A stretch of 64,000 bases of DNA from an uncultured Candidatus Saccharibacteria bacterium. GTDB lineage: Bacteria > Patescibacteriota > Saccharimonadia > Saccharimonadales > AWTP1-31. The stretch spans positions 130,096 to 194,095 of the forward strand of contig CAZVTA010000002.1 in the NCBI GenBank assembly GCA_964629815.1, read 5' to 3'. Each line of letters starts with the position of its first letter. Positions within the stretch are counted from its first letter, which is position 1. Under the pieces are notes generated by a model, which saw only the letters and a list, made by a program, of their open reading frames with translations, did not search any database and had not been told where the DNA came from. Below, piece after piece: positions 44,644 to 54,333 of the stretch. Position numbers and translations under genes: made by a program.

Positions 44644-45590
44644 TGAGTAAAACAGTACTCATAGCCGGTGGAGCAGGATTCTTAGGCTCCCATCTAGCGG
44701 ATCATTATATTGCCATGGGTTGCAAGGTTGTGGCGGTAGATAATCTTTCGACCGGTAGCGAGCGTAACATACGTCACTTACATGATAATGATCGGTTTTT
44801 GTTTGTTAAAGCCGATATTGTACAACCGCTGCCTAAAAATGTTATTAACAATCATTACGATGTCATCTTGAACATGGCTTCACCAGCCAGTCCGCCCCAT
44901 TACCAACGTCTTAGCATAGAGACGCTACGGGTCGGTTCCGAAGGTACCCTACAGCTACTAGAGTTAGCCAGGCGAAACAAGGCGCGCTTTTTTCAGGCTA
45001 GTACCAGCGAGGTGTATGGTGATCCTCTTGTTCATCCACAGCCCGAGAGTTATCGAGGCAGCGTGAATTGCTACGGGCCTCGAGCTATGTATGATGAAGC
45101 AAAGCGTTATGCAGAAGCCCTGATTTATTCATACAAAGAACGTTACCCAGAAGTTTCTACTTGTATTGGTCGTTTTTTTAATACGTATGGTCCTCGTATG
45201 GATGCGAATGATGGTCGAGTGGTTTCGAATCTTATCGTACAAGCCCTTGCTAATAAGTCTCTTACTATTTATGGCAAGGGTGATCAAACACGCAGTTTTT
45301 GTTATGTGTCAGATTTGATTGCCGGTATTGCTACTTTGGTGGAATCAGATGTTTCTGAGCCGGTAAATTTAGGCAATCCCAGTGAGTTTACTATAAAAGA
45401 ATTGGCCAACTTGGTGCTTGAACTCACCGGTTCTGGGTCTAAAATTACTCACAAACCGCTTCCCGCAGACGATCCCTTGCAACGCAAGCCAGACATTACA
45501 AAGGCGAAGCAGTTACTAGGCTGGCAGCCACGGGTTGCGTTGCGCGACGGACTATTGCATACTATTACCTATTTCAAGGAGAGTGAATGA
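44643..45590 (+). CDS. UDP-glucuronate decarboxylase (UDP-xylose synthase)
   Basis: Motifs are LIAGGAGFLGSHL, VDNLSTGSERNI and YDEAKRYAEAL. It is translationally coupled to ugd (TAATG). Confidence 0.85.
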   Translation: MSKTVLIAGGAGFLGSHLADHYIAMGCKVVAVDNLSTGSERNIRHLHDNDRFLFVKADIVQPLPKNVINNHYDVILNMASPASPPHYQRLSIETLRVGSEGTLQLLELARRNKARFFQASTSEVYGDPLVHPQPESYRGSVNCYGPRAMYDEAKRYAEALIYSYKERYPEVSTCIGRFFNTYGPRMDANDGRVVSNLIVQALANKSLTIYGKGDQTRSFCYVSDLIAGIATLVESDVSEPVNLGNPSEFTIKELANLVLELTGSGSKITHKPLPADDPLQRKPDITKAKQLLGWQPRVALRDGLLHTITYFKESE

Positions 45591-46531
45591 CCGAGCAACT
45601 ACACGAAGGCTACATAGCGCCACCAGAAAATCAGATTAATCCTGAGCTTGAGCGAATTGCTGGTCAAGTTGGCCTAACAACATCCACAATGTATAAAGAC
45701 TGGTATCCTGGCCCAGTGTCCGAGGGGGCCGAACTATCCGAGACAAAGCTTCGTGGTGATTTGGCAATAGAAACAATTCAAAGCGCCACTCGTCAGGGAT
45801 TTCATTTGATAGTGGTAGATGGTGGCAGTTCTGATTCGTTTCTTGAGGCCGTACGAGGCACGCAGGCCGCTCTGTATGCACAAGAAGAGGCGGGCATGAG
45901 TCGTGGTCGACAACAGGCTTTTCGTTTGGCTTCGCAGGTGGAGGGTGTGAAGGTTATTGGTTGGATTGAGCCCGAAAAGGTAGCCATGGCAAACGAGGGA
46001 ATCTTGGCACCTGCTAAGGAAATAATCGACGGTGGTGCAGATATTGTTGTGCCAGAAAGGGATGCAGGGGCATTTGCCAGCTACCCAGATTTTCAGGTAG
46101 GTTTTGAGCAAGAAAGCAACCGTTTGTACAATCGATTATTACGACGTTTTGGACTTTACCCAGAAGATGCTCCTGATCTAGATGCGTGGTTTGGACCCCG
46201 TTTTTTCAAGAATACTCCCGAAATACTTGAATTGTTTACCTTGAATTATGAATTTGTTGAAAGTGAAGTAACAGGACTAGCCCAACAAACGCCTGGACTT
46301 TGGGCAAACGCACTGTTCTTGCCAATTGTTGCAGCACTCCATAATGGCTATACAGTGAAGAGCGTTCCGGTGAACTATCTGCATCCCGCTACTCAGACTA
46401 GACAAGAGCAAGATAGCCCTCAGTTTGTAGAAAAACGAGCATTTCAACAACGAGCTATACTATTCACTGTTGTGCATTTTATTCGCTTTTTACAGGGTAG
46501 AGGTAACCCAAGAATCCGTCAAAGTTCGTAG
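45587..46531 (+). CDS. Hypothetical protein, possibly GT-A-fold nucleotide-sugar transferase-like
   Basis: The motifs HLIVVDGGSSDSF and GADIVVPERD are loosely GT2-like. It has an ATGA overlap with the upstream gene. Low certainty. Confidence 0.3.
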   Translation: MTEQLHEGYIAPPENQINPELERIAGQVGLTTSTMYKDWYPGPVSEGAELSETKLRGDLAIETIQSATRQGFHLIVVDGGSSDSFLEAVRGTQAALYAQEEAGMSRGRQQAFRLASQVEGVKVIGWIEPEKVAMANEGILAPAKEIIDGGADIVVPERDAGAFASYPDFQVGFEQESNRLYNRLLRRFGLYPEDAPDLDAWFGPRFFKNTPEILELFTLNYEFVESEVTGLAQQTPGLWANALFLPIVAALHNGYTVKSVPVNYLHPATQTRQEQDSPQFVEKRAFQQRAILFTVVHFIRFLQGRGNPRIRQSS

Positions 46532-46582
46532 TTTTAGCTGATAAGACTTCAGAATTCCGTTTAAACTGCTATCATAATATTC

Positions 46583-47620
46583 ATGATAGTGGTTATTATT
46601 GCAGGGGGGTCAGGTACTCGTTTGTGGCCATTGTCCACTCCAGATTACCCAAAGCACTTATTATCATTAACAAACGAAAAGAGTCTGCTACAGAATACTC
46701 TTGCCCGTGTAAGACGCCTGACAACCGATGACAAAATTCTTGTTATTCCAGACGCCTCCCATGAGCATCATGTAAGAGAACAGCTAAAAGAGCATAAAGA
46801 CATAACGATTCTTGCAGAGCCTGGCCGTCGCGGTACGGCACACTGTCTCTTGTATGGTTTATTAGAATTACAGAAACAAGGTGTCGATCCGGATGAGCCC
46901 GTTGCAATACTTTGGGCTGATCATTTAATTCGTGACGAGTCCGGTTTCGTTAGTACTTTTAAGCGGGCGAGTCGGGTATCGAAGAAGTATAAAAAAGTAG
47001 TGTTTATCGGAGCAGAGCCAGTCTATGCCTCAACAGGTTTTGGATATATGGAGCATGGCGATGCGCTTGAAGATGATGCCAATGTTTTTGAGCTTTTGAA
47101 ATTTCACGAGAAACCGGACCATAAAACTGCAGAAAAGTACTACGCCAGCGGAAGATTTTTCTGGAATATGGGATACATCGTATCATCGCTCAACACATTT
47201 CAAGAAGCAGCTACATCCTATGCGCCTGAATTTTGGAAAACTTTCGAAATGCTTGCTTCGGCGAAGAGTGCGACAGACGCATATTTGTCACTCGATAACG
47301 TGGCGGTAGATTATGCTTTCAGTGAAAAAATTCAAGGAGCGCTTGTTATTCCTGGTGGGTTCGACTGGGTAGATGTAGGTTCGTTTGGCGATTTGCATGG
47401 TATCAGCAGTCAGGATGTCGATGGAAATCATGTACGAGGGGATCTTGTGGAGCTCGAGGGTGTTACCAATAGCTATATTCGTAACGACCAGGAAACGCCT
47501 ATAGCGGTTATTGGACTTGATAATGTCGTGGTTGTTAATTCACCAAACGGTATTTTGGTAACAAATAAAAACTTCGCACAGCGCGTCGGTGATGTAAGTA
47601 AGAAGTTCAAAACAAAATGA
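46583..47620 (+). CDS. Mannose-1-phosphate guanylyltransferase (NTP-transferase family)
   Basis: The N-terminal motif is VIIAGGSGTRLWPLS. The size (345 aa) and the context with a phosphohexomutase and gmd support the call. Confidence 0.8.
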   Translation: MIVVIIAGGSGTRLWPLSTPDYPKHLLSLTNEKSLLQNTLARVRRLTTDDKILVIPDASHEHHVREQLKEHKDITILAEPGRRGTAHCLLYGLLELQKQGVDPDEPVAILWADHLIRDESGFVSTFKRASRVSKKYKKVVFIGAEPVYASTGFGYMEHGDALEDDANVFELLKFHEKPDHKTAEKYYASGRFFWNMGYIVSSLNTFQEAATSYAPEFWKTFEMLASAKSATDAYLSLDNVAVDYAFSEKIQGALVIPGGFDWVDVGSFGDLHGISSQDVDGNHVRGDLVELEGVTNSYIRNDQETPIAVIGLDNVVVVNSPNGILVTNKNFAQRVGDVSKKFKTK

Positions 47621-49134
47621 CATTTGTAGAGAGCTTACAATATGAACCTCATGAGCTTGCTTTTGGTACATCGGGTTTGCGAGGTCTTGTCGTTGATATG
47701 ACTGATTTAGAGTGTTACATAAATACCGTCGGATTTTTGCGGTACTTACACGAAGAGTTTGCGCTCAAGCGGGGTAGCCAGGTTTTGCTGGCTGGAGATC
47801 TTCGCGACAGTACACCGCGAATAATGCGAGCAGTTGCGCAAGCGATTACAGATGAAGGCTATCGTTATGTTAATGCAGGGCTTATTCCTACTCCGGCTGC
47901 GGCCTTTGCGGGACTAACTCGCTCTATGCCCGTCATTATGGTTACCGGAAGCCATATTCCTGCCGACAGAAACGGTATTAAATTCTATCGTGCGGATGGT
48001 GAGGTGCTGAAGTCTGACGAGCAGGGAATACAGCGTAGCGTAATGACCGTACGTAAGCAAATGTACGAGTCTCATAACAGCCAAGCAGTCTTTGATACCA
48101 AAGGACAGCTAATTAAATCATCTGGATTGAGTCCGGCAGACGATACGTATAGTCGTGAGTATATTGAGCGCTATACGTCCTTTTTTGACCGACAGGCGCT
48201 TAAAGGGAAAAAAATTGTAGTGTATCAGCATTCGGCAGTTGGTCGTGACATTATTGTTGAAGTGTTGCAGTCGCTTGGCGCTGAGGTAGAGAAGGTGGGG
48301 CGCTCTGATGTATTTGTACCGATAGATACCGAGAATGTTACGCCAGACGACAAAAAGTTGTTTGTTGATTTTGCAGCCAAGTATCCAGACTGTTTTGCAA
48401 TTGTGTCAACCGACGGTGACAGTGACCGACCGTTTGTTATTGACGAAAGCGGTGAGTTCTACAGAGGAGACGTACTTGGCTGTATTGTTGCACGCTATAT
48501 TGCCGCAGATTTTGCTGCGGTGCCAATCAGTAGCAATGACGCTGTCGATAAGTTCTGTGAGCAGCATGACATCGAGCTTGTGCATACAAAGATTGGTTCG
48601 CCATACGTTATAGTTGCCATGCAAGAAGCGACAAAAAAGGTGTTGTGTGGTTGGGAAGTTAACGGTGGTTTTTTGTTGGGTGCTAATCTGAGGGTAAATG
48701 ACAAAGAGTTGAGTGCTTTGCCCACACGTGATGCATTGTTGCCTATTCTTGCTGCGCTGATAAACGCGAGTCAAAAAGGACTTTCTGTATCTGGATTATT
48801 TCAACAATTACCACAGCGATATACCGGTGGAGGTCTGATTGATCTAGATGATATGGATCAAGTAGTGCGATTTAAGCAGCGTCTGAATGATGATTATTTT
48901 GATGCAGAACAGATTAGTCGACTACTGGGAATTGCCAGCAATAGTATTGTTGCAATCGATAAAACAGATGGACTACGTATTAACCTTGGAAGTACTGTAT
49001 TACATTTTCGCCCAAGTGGTAATGCGCCTCAAATGAGAATCTATACCAACTGCGATACGCAATCTGAGGCAGATGATCTTGTACAGGATGCGGTAGCGCC
49101 TGGTGGGCTCATTGAGAAAATTCTAGCCGACTAA
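47617..49134 (+). CDS. Phosphomannomutase/phosphoglucomutase family protein
   Basis: The phosphoserine loop is VTGSHIPADRNGIKFY and the metal loop VSTDGDSDRPFVI. It has an ATGA overlap with the upstream gene. Confidence 0.8.
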   Translation: MTFVESLQYEPHELAFGTSGLRGLVVDMTDLECYINTVGFLRYLHEEFALKRGSQVLLAGDLRDSTPRIMRAVAQAITDEGYRYVNAGLIPTPAAAFAGLTRSMPVIMVTGSHIPADRNGIKFYRADGEVLKSDEQGIQRSVMTVRKQMYESHNSQAVFDTKGQLIKSSGLSPADDTYSREYIERYTSFFDRQALKGKKIVVYQHSAVGRDIIVEVLQSLGAEVEKVGRSDVFVPIDTENVTPDDKKLFVDFAAKYPDCFAIVSTDGDSDRPFVIDESGEFYRGDVLGCIVARYIAADFAAVPISSNDAVDKFCEQHDIELVHTKIGSPYVIVAMQEATKKVLCGWEVNGGFLLGANLRVNDKELSALPTRDALLPILAALINASQKGLSVSGLFQQLPQRYTGGGLIDLDDMDQVVRFKQRLNDDYFDAEQISRLLGIASNSIVAIDKTDGLRINLGSTVLHFRPSGNAPQMRIYTNCDTQSEADDLVQDAVAPGGLIEKILAD

Positions 49135-50219
49135 TTTTTGGCTAGATTATTGATGAATGCGTCAACTTTATCTCTAAACGAATTCACGCTAAATTTTTTT
49201 GAAAACTTTCGTATAGCCGCCGCATCAAGCTTGTCTGCATGAAACTCGTTGAGTGTTTTGACTAATGATTGTGGTGTTTGTTCAAGAAAAAAAGCTCCGG
49301 TTTTGTCAGTAATATAGTCAAGTGCCCCGCCAGCTTTAAAGGCAACAACTGGTGTGCCGGTCGCTAAAGCCTCGACAGGAGCAATGCCAAAATCCTCTTC
49401 GGCTGCAAAAAGAAATGCTTGTGCCCCGGAAAGCAATGCCGGAATTTCGTTATCGAGTGCATTTGAAGCAAACCGGATTGTTGGTCCTGCGATTTTCACG
49501 AGTTTATTATGCTCGGGACCTCTGCCAATAACCAGCAGAGGGGCTTTGAGAATGTTGCATGCCTCTATAAGGACTTCAGTTCGTTTATAGGGGGTTTGCC
49601 GACCTAGCGTAACGTAACCAATGCGATGGTTATTGGGGGTTGTGGCAAAACGTTCGATGTCCACTGGGGGGTGGATTATTACTGAATCTCGTTTGTAGAA
49701 CTGTTTAATATCTGATTGTATATGTGTTGAGTTTGCAATAAAATAATCTACCCGTTGTGCGGCCTGATAATCTCTTTTGCGCAGTGGTCCAACAAGTAGT
49801 TTCAACCCAAGACGTGCAAGGGGGTTTAGTATTCCAAAGCCGGGATTTTTTAGGTACGTATCGTAGTGTCGCCAGTAAAAGTGTGTTGGGGAATGGCAGT
49901 AGCATACATGGATGGCCTTATTTGGTTTGGTGATTTGCTTGGCTTCTCCGTTACCAGAGCTAGATATGATTACATCGTATTTTGACAGATCTAGCGAGCG
50001 AAACCACTGCGAGCGAAGTAGGGGTAGGTATTTGCGTAATTTTCCGAAGGGCCAGTACTGCAGGTAGCCAGTTATTACTTTATTGTCGAGCTTCTGCCGC
50101 CATTCTGGTGTGCAATAAGATGTGTAGATAGGGGCATCGGGGTATAGGTTATGTAGCTCTTCTACTACTTTTTCCGCTCCACCTCCTACAAGCCAGTCGT
50201 GAACTATTGCTATTTTCAT
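49131..50219 (-). CDS. Glycosyltransferase family 4
   Basis: Signature AAEEDFGIAPVEALATGTPVVA. Length is 362 aa. Confidence 0.8.
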   Translation of the reverse strand: MKIAIVHDWLVGGGAEKVVEELHNLYPDAPIYTSYCTPEWRQKLDNKVITGYLQYWPFGKLRKYLPLLRSQWFRSLDLSKYDVIISSSGNGEAKQITKPNKAIHVCYCHSPTHFYWRHYDTYLKNPGFGILNPLARLGLKLLVGPLRKRDYQAAQRVDYFIANSTHIQSDIKQFYKRDSVIIHPPVDIERFATTPNNHRIGYVTLGRQTPYKRTEVLIEACNILKAPLLVIGRGPEHNKLVKIAGPTIRFASNALDNEIPALLSGAQAFLFAAEEDFGIAPVEALATGTPVVAFKAGGALDYITDKTGAFFLEQTPQSLVKTLNEFHADKLDAAAIRKFSKKFSVNSFRDKVDAFINNLAKN

Positions 50220-51634
50220 TGTGCCCCAATGCCACCCAAGACAGCACGAAGTGTTCTAAATAATATAGTTATGTCGAGCCAGAAACTCCAGTTTTGAACA
50301 TAATACATGTCTAATTTTCTACGCTCATCAAAGCTCAGAGTTCGTCGACCCGATATCTGGGCAAGCCCGGTTAGGCCCGACTTAACGCTCAGGATGGTGT
50401 GTTTTTTCTCGTATTGGTTGAGCTCCTCTGGTATGAGTGCTCGAGGTCCTACCAAGCTAATATCTCCCCGAATAACATTGATGAGTTGAGGAAGCTCGTC
50501 TAGGCTGGTGCGTCTTAAGAATCGACCGATGGGAGTAATTCTTGGATCATTTTCGAGGAAATCACCGTTAGCACGATATTTCTTGACGAGTTCAGGGCGT
50601 CTCATAATTTTAAAGGCTTGCTCGGGTGTTGTTCCATCGTAAGTGGCGTATTGGGTTCGGAATTTGTATACGGTAAATGTTCTATTAAATCGAGTGAGTC
50701 GTTGTTGTCTAAAGAAAACTGAGCCACCCCCAAATATCTTGATAAGTATGGGGATGACTAAAAAGAATGGCGTAGAAACAATCAGCAAAGTGGTTGCCAG
50801 AGCTATGTCGGTCATGCGTTTTGCTATTCGCCCCCAGCCAGTCAATGCGGTTTGGTGTACGGCAATCATTGGTAGGCCCGCAAATAGGTCGACTGCAATA
50901 TTACCCACAAAAAGATCACTATTTCCTGGTACGAAACGATATGAAATATGATGTTGTTGCGCGTATCGCAAGATATCATTATTTTTACCTTGATTTGTAT
51001 ACAGCTCGGTTTGGATGATGCTATGAATTGGTTTTTGTATATGCTCGATAGCATCATCAAACGTAAGGTATGTCTTAAAGAACGTTGAGCTTCTGGCAAC
51101 TACACCGAGTACATGTTGTCCGGTTTTTGCAGTATCTCTAATTGCGACTCCTACGTCGTCTGATGCGTGGGTGTTGCCTACTATCAGCACGTTGCTTACA
51201 CCTATACCGTAGCTATAGAGTGCACGCCGTATGATATTGACTGCAGTACGGAAAATAACTAAAAATCCAAACCCGATACCAAGACCATAAATCGGCACCA
51301 GACGAGCAGGAAATATAGAGGCAGATGACACAAAATCGTATCCCAATACGACAAGTATGCCTAAGAAAGATCCAATCAAGAGGCGTCCGAGTTCTTTGAA
51401 ACGTCGTTCGTATATTTCGGGCTTATACAGACCAATAGTGCCATGAACGAGTATCCAAAGTGGCAACACAGTTACAAAAGCTGAAAAATAGTTTCGGGCT
51501 GTTATGGCATTTATGAGCGGTCGGTCGTCAAGCTTGACGCGCAGTATGTATGCCACGCTGAAAGCTGCCAGGAGTGCAAAGAAATCCCCGATAATAAGCA
51601 GCATAGTATATGCAACGGTGGCATTATTCTTCAT
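50216..51634 (-). CDS. Polyprenyl-phosphate sugar-phosphate transferase (WbaP/CpsE-type initiating enzyme)
   Basis: N-terminal TM helices are followed by the C-terminal bacterial sugar transferase domain, with DELPQLINVIRGDISLVGPRA. Confidence 0.88.
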   Translation of the reverse strand: MKNNATVAYTMLLIIGDFFALLAAFSVAYILRVKLDDRPLINAITARNYFSAFVTVLPLWILVHGTIGLYKPEIYERRFKELGRLLIGSFLGILVVLGYDFVSSASIFPARLVPIYGLGIGFGFLVIFRTAVNIIRRALYSYGIGVSNVLIVGNTHASDDVGVAIRDTAKTGQHVLGVVARSSTFFKTYLTFDDAIEHIQKPIHSIIQTELYTNQGKNNDILRYAQQHHISYRFVPGNSDLFVGNIAVDLFAGLPMIAVHQTALTGWGRIAKRMTDIALATTLLIVSTPFFLVIPILIKIFGGGSVFFRQQRLTRFNRTFTVYKFRTQYATYDGTTPEQAFKIMRRPELVKKYRANGDFLENDPRITPIGRFLRRTSLDELPQLINVIRGDISLVGPRALIPEELNQYEKKHTILSVKSGLTGLAQISGRRTLSFDERRKLDMYYVQNWSFWLDITILFRTLRAVLGGIGAQ

Positions 51635-51678
51635 GCTTCTATAGTACCGTTTAGTTTATTCATTGTACAAGAGGTGCA

Positions 51679-53364
51679 TTACCAGGTTGGTCCGGTAGCA
51701 CGGAAATCGCTACCAATAACGATAACGTAGTCTGGTTGAGCAGAAGACTGGCTATTGTTTGCATCTGCGCTTTCGGTTACGACTCCCTCTGGCATCTCTT
51801 GAGTTATGCCAATAGCAAATCGCTTCGATAGATATCGTTCGGTAAATATCTTTTCATTTTGAGTCCGTCTCACTACTTTGGTTGTGCTTAGATTGATTTT
51901 GCTAGTTTCTTTTGTAAGTACTTTGTATCCGTAGCTCGTCATAACATCTGCAACAGAGGTGGCAAGACCACTTTTGCCGCTTGCGTTATATATGGCAATG
52001 GTTGGCAGTTCCTTTTTTAGGAATGGATCAAGCATATTGCTTCGAGCGTAGGCTTTGATTTTGCTAAAATCGCTCAGTCCTGCTACTGGTCTAACGACGG
52101 ATTGTCCATTTATATTGCCTGTCTGAACGAGAGGCCCGTTTGGTTTTGCGAGATCGAGAGATACAATCTTGTCATCGTTGAGGCCTTTTGTTTTATCGTA
52201 CAATGTCTTGATTTCATCAACTGAAAGATCCGTACGAATATTTTTTTGAATTGCGTTTGCAAGACTGTTGAGCTTGAGCGGGTTTGCCAGAACCCCGGTA
52301 GAAGCTGCCTTGGTGCGCATTGCTACTAACAGTTGCCGTTGTCGTTCGCTTCGATCGAAGTCTCCTCGTTGGCTGCCATGACGACTTCGAGCGTACTGTA
52401 AGGCCTTGTCTCCGTTGAAGTTTTGCGACCCAGCAGCAAATTTCCAGCCGGTGAAGCCATCGTAAATTGTAGACGGCACATTAACGGTGATGCCTCCTAA
52501 AGCATTGACGACGTCTCGAAATGCTTTGTAGTCTGTAAGCACATATTTATGAATGGGTACTCCTGCTACGCCTCTGACGGTGTCAATGGTTTGGCGTACG
52601 CCGTCTGCTTCTGCATCCGCAATATTTTTGCCCTTACGCAGTGAGGCCGACTTTGCATTTGCAAAAGTTGCGTTAATTTTTGCACTCGATCCATTAACTG
52701 TAACCCAAGTGTCACGAGGAATGCTTAACAACGATGCCTCTTTATTTTCAAGATCGATGCTCGCGATGATAATTGTGTCGGTAAGATCTGGTGCGACATT
52801 TTCGGTGCCACCGCGCCCCAGTAATAGTACATTCAGTCTTCCATCACCCTCTGTGTTGAGATTGTCCGCATTGGGTTTGTCTGCGAGCGCAGCAGAAGAT
52901 GCGTTACCGATACCTCGAGAGAATACAGAGTTAAAAAACGAGTAGATTCTTAGTCCGAAAGCACCAGCTAGTCCGAGGAGAATAATGAACAGTATAAAAA
53001 ATACCTTAAATTTGCGAGAGCGGTTAGACCAGAAGCGACGAATTTTTCCATGTTTCTTCTCTTTCTTACCGGTGCGCTTCGTGGTTTCGTTACGGGACTC
53101 TTTGGCGGATTCGGTATCAAAAATGTCTAGCTCATTATTAGACAAGGTTGATTCTTCAAGATCAGATAGGTCGTCGGTGACGGTATGCTCGTCATTTTCG
53201 TACGGACGATGCTTTGTTTTTGCGGCAGGAATAAAACCAGATGTAGATTCTTTTTCCTTCTTGTAGTACGTTGGTACGCCTATTTTGCGTCGAGCTTGTC
53301 CAGAAATAAAGCCGTCTACAGACGTTGTTTTTTTGGTTTTTTTTGGACTCTTAAAGTCTGGCAT
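51679..53364 (-). CDS. LytR-CpsA-Psr (LCP) family glycopolymer ligase with extra C-terminal domain
   Basis: Start is the ATG at 53364 (the track uses GTG at 53385). A basic cytoplasmic tail and a TM precede the LCP motifs LNVLLLGRGG, DTIIIASID and LSIPRDTWV. The C-terminal region is LytR_C-like. Confidence 0.85.
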   Translation of the reverse strand: MPDFKSPKKTKKTTSVDGFISGQARRKIGVPTYYKKEKESTSGFIPAAKTKHRPYENDEHTVTDDLSDLEESTLSNNELDIFDTESAKESRNETTKRTGKKEKKHGKIRRFWSNRSRKFKVFFILFIILLGLAGAFGLRIYSFFNSVFSRGIGNASSAALADKPNADNLNTEGDGRLNVLLLGRGGTENVAPDLTDTIIIASIDLENKEASLLSIPRDTWVTVNGSSAKINATFANAKSASLRKGKNIADAEADGVRQTIDTVRGVAGVPIHKYVLTDYKAFRDVVNALGGITVNVPSTIYDGFTGWKFAAGSQNFNGDKALQYARSRHGSQRGDFDRSERQRQLLVAMRTKAASTGVLANPLKLNSLANAIQKNIRTDLSVDEIKTLYDKTKGLNDDKIVSLDLAKPNGPLVQTGNINGQSVVRPVAGLSDFSKIKAYARSNMLDPFLKKELPTIAIYNASGKSGLATSVADVMTSYGYKVLTKETSKINLSTTKVVRRTQNEKIFTERYLSKRFAIGITQEMPEGVVTESADANNSQSSAQPDYVIVIGSDFRATGPTW

Positions 53365-53422
53365 ATGAAGACAATTATACCACAAGCGATTACTCGGCTA
53401 CCTAGTTTGGTTAAGTGATATA

Positions 53423-53866
53423 ATGCGAATAAGCAGTATGAAACATAATACAAACAACAGTAAAACAGAGATAAAAAGAGCGATACAGTATATTACAGGT
53501 GGAGGAGCGGCGTTTTGGTCGGGATACGCGGCATTTTTTCTGTTCGATCGGCTATTTGGCGTTACGCTTTGGTGGGCTAAGCTAGCTGCCAATATCACCG
53601 CTTGGATTGTTAACTACTTCATTCAGAGATATTGGGTCTTTAATGTATCAAAAAAGAAAAAGCACCAAAACTTTCAAATCAGGGGACGATATGCAATTGT
53701 CACGCTCGTGAACTTTGTACTTGATTATTACTTGATACTAATACTGAAGGAAATTGGGATTAGTCCATATTTGGGTCAATTTATATCTGCAGGTTTCTTT
53801 ATGATTTGGAATTACTTTTGGTATAGATTTTGGGTCTTCTCAAAAAAAATGAGGGCGCTACAGTGA
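53423..53866 (+). CDS. GtrA family membrane protein
   Basis: 147 aa with four TM helices and the motif NYFIQRYWVF, with a second WNYFWYRFWVF. Confidence 0.75.
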   Translation: MRISSMKHNTNNSKTEIKRAIQYITGGGAAFWSGYAAFFLFDRLFGVTLWWAKLAANITAWIVNYFIQRYWVFNVSKKKKHQNFQIRGRYAIVTLVNFVLDYYLILILKEIGISPYLGQFISAGFFMIWNYFWYRFWVFSKKMRALQ

Positions 53867-54333
53867 GCCAGGAAGAGGTATTAATCAGGCCAACAAAAAA
53901 ACAAAGAGAAATCCTTGTTTATATTGAGCAATTTATTCAGCAGCATGGCTATAGCCCGAGCTATAGAGAGATAATGAACGGGCTTGATTATACGTCGGTC
54001 GCTACGGTCAGTCTTCATGTTAATAGCCTTATAAAACGCGGGCATTTGGTGAAGCGAGATTATTCGGCGCGCTCTTTAGAGGTTGTTCACCCGAGCAAAC
54101 AAACAAAAGTTACTACTAACCAAGTTACTGCCAAGCAAGAAAAATGGCTTGTTGATAAGATTACGCATATGTTTAAAGAAGTTGAGAGCAGTCGCAACCC
54201 CCTAGATGATCAGATTGATTCGCTGTACGTATTGGTCGGCGCTCTGAAGGTGTTGGGGCTCGATGCTGCTGCACAATCGTTTATTCCGCGTTTGAGCGCG
54301 CTTAGAAAGAAGACGCATGGCACAGGCAAATAG
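53863..54333 (+). CDS. LexA-type winged-helix DNA-binding protein lacking the S24 peptidase domain
   Basis: The GTG at 53863 overlaps the gtrA stop (GTGA) and GAGGG lies 7 nt upstream. TKKQREILVYIEQFIQQHGYSPSYREIMNGLDYTSVATVSLHVNSLIKRGHLVKRDYSARSLEV matches the LexA N-terminal domain pattern. The ~90-aa helical C-terminus has no Ser/Lys dyad motifs. Confidence 0.7.
   Translation: MSQEEVLIRPTKKQREILVYIEQFIQQHGYSPSYREIMNGLDYTSVATVSLHVNSLIKRGHLVKRDYSARSLEVVHPSKQTKVTTNQVTAKQEKWLVDKITHMFKEVESSRNPLDDQIDSLYVLVGALKVLGLDAAAQSFIPRLSALRKKTHGTGK

Noticed and set aside
45636-46111. Minus-strand ORFs 45636..45881, 45734..46111 and 45802..45987
   Set aside because: They are antisense to the 314-aa ORF that is start/stop-coupled to the UDP-xylose synthase gene. 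No RBS or recognisable motifs are present.
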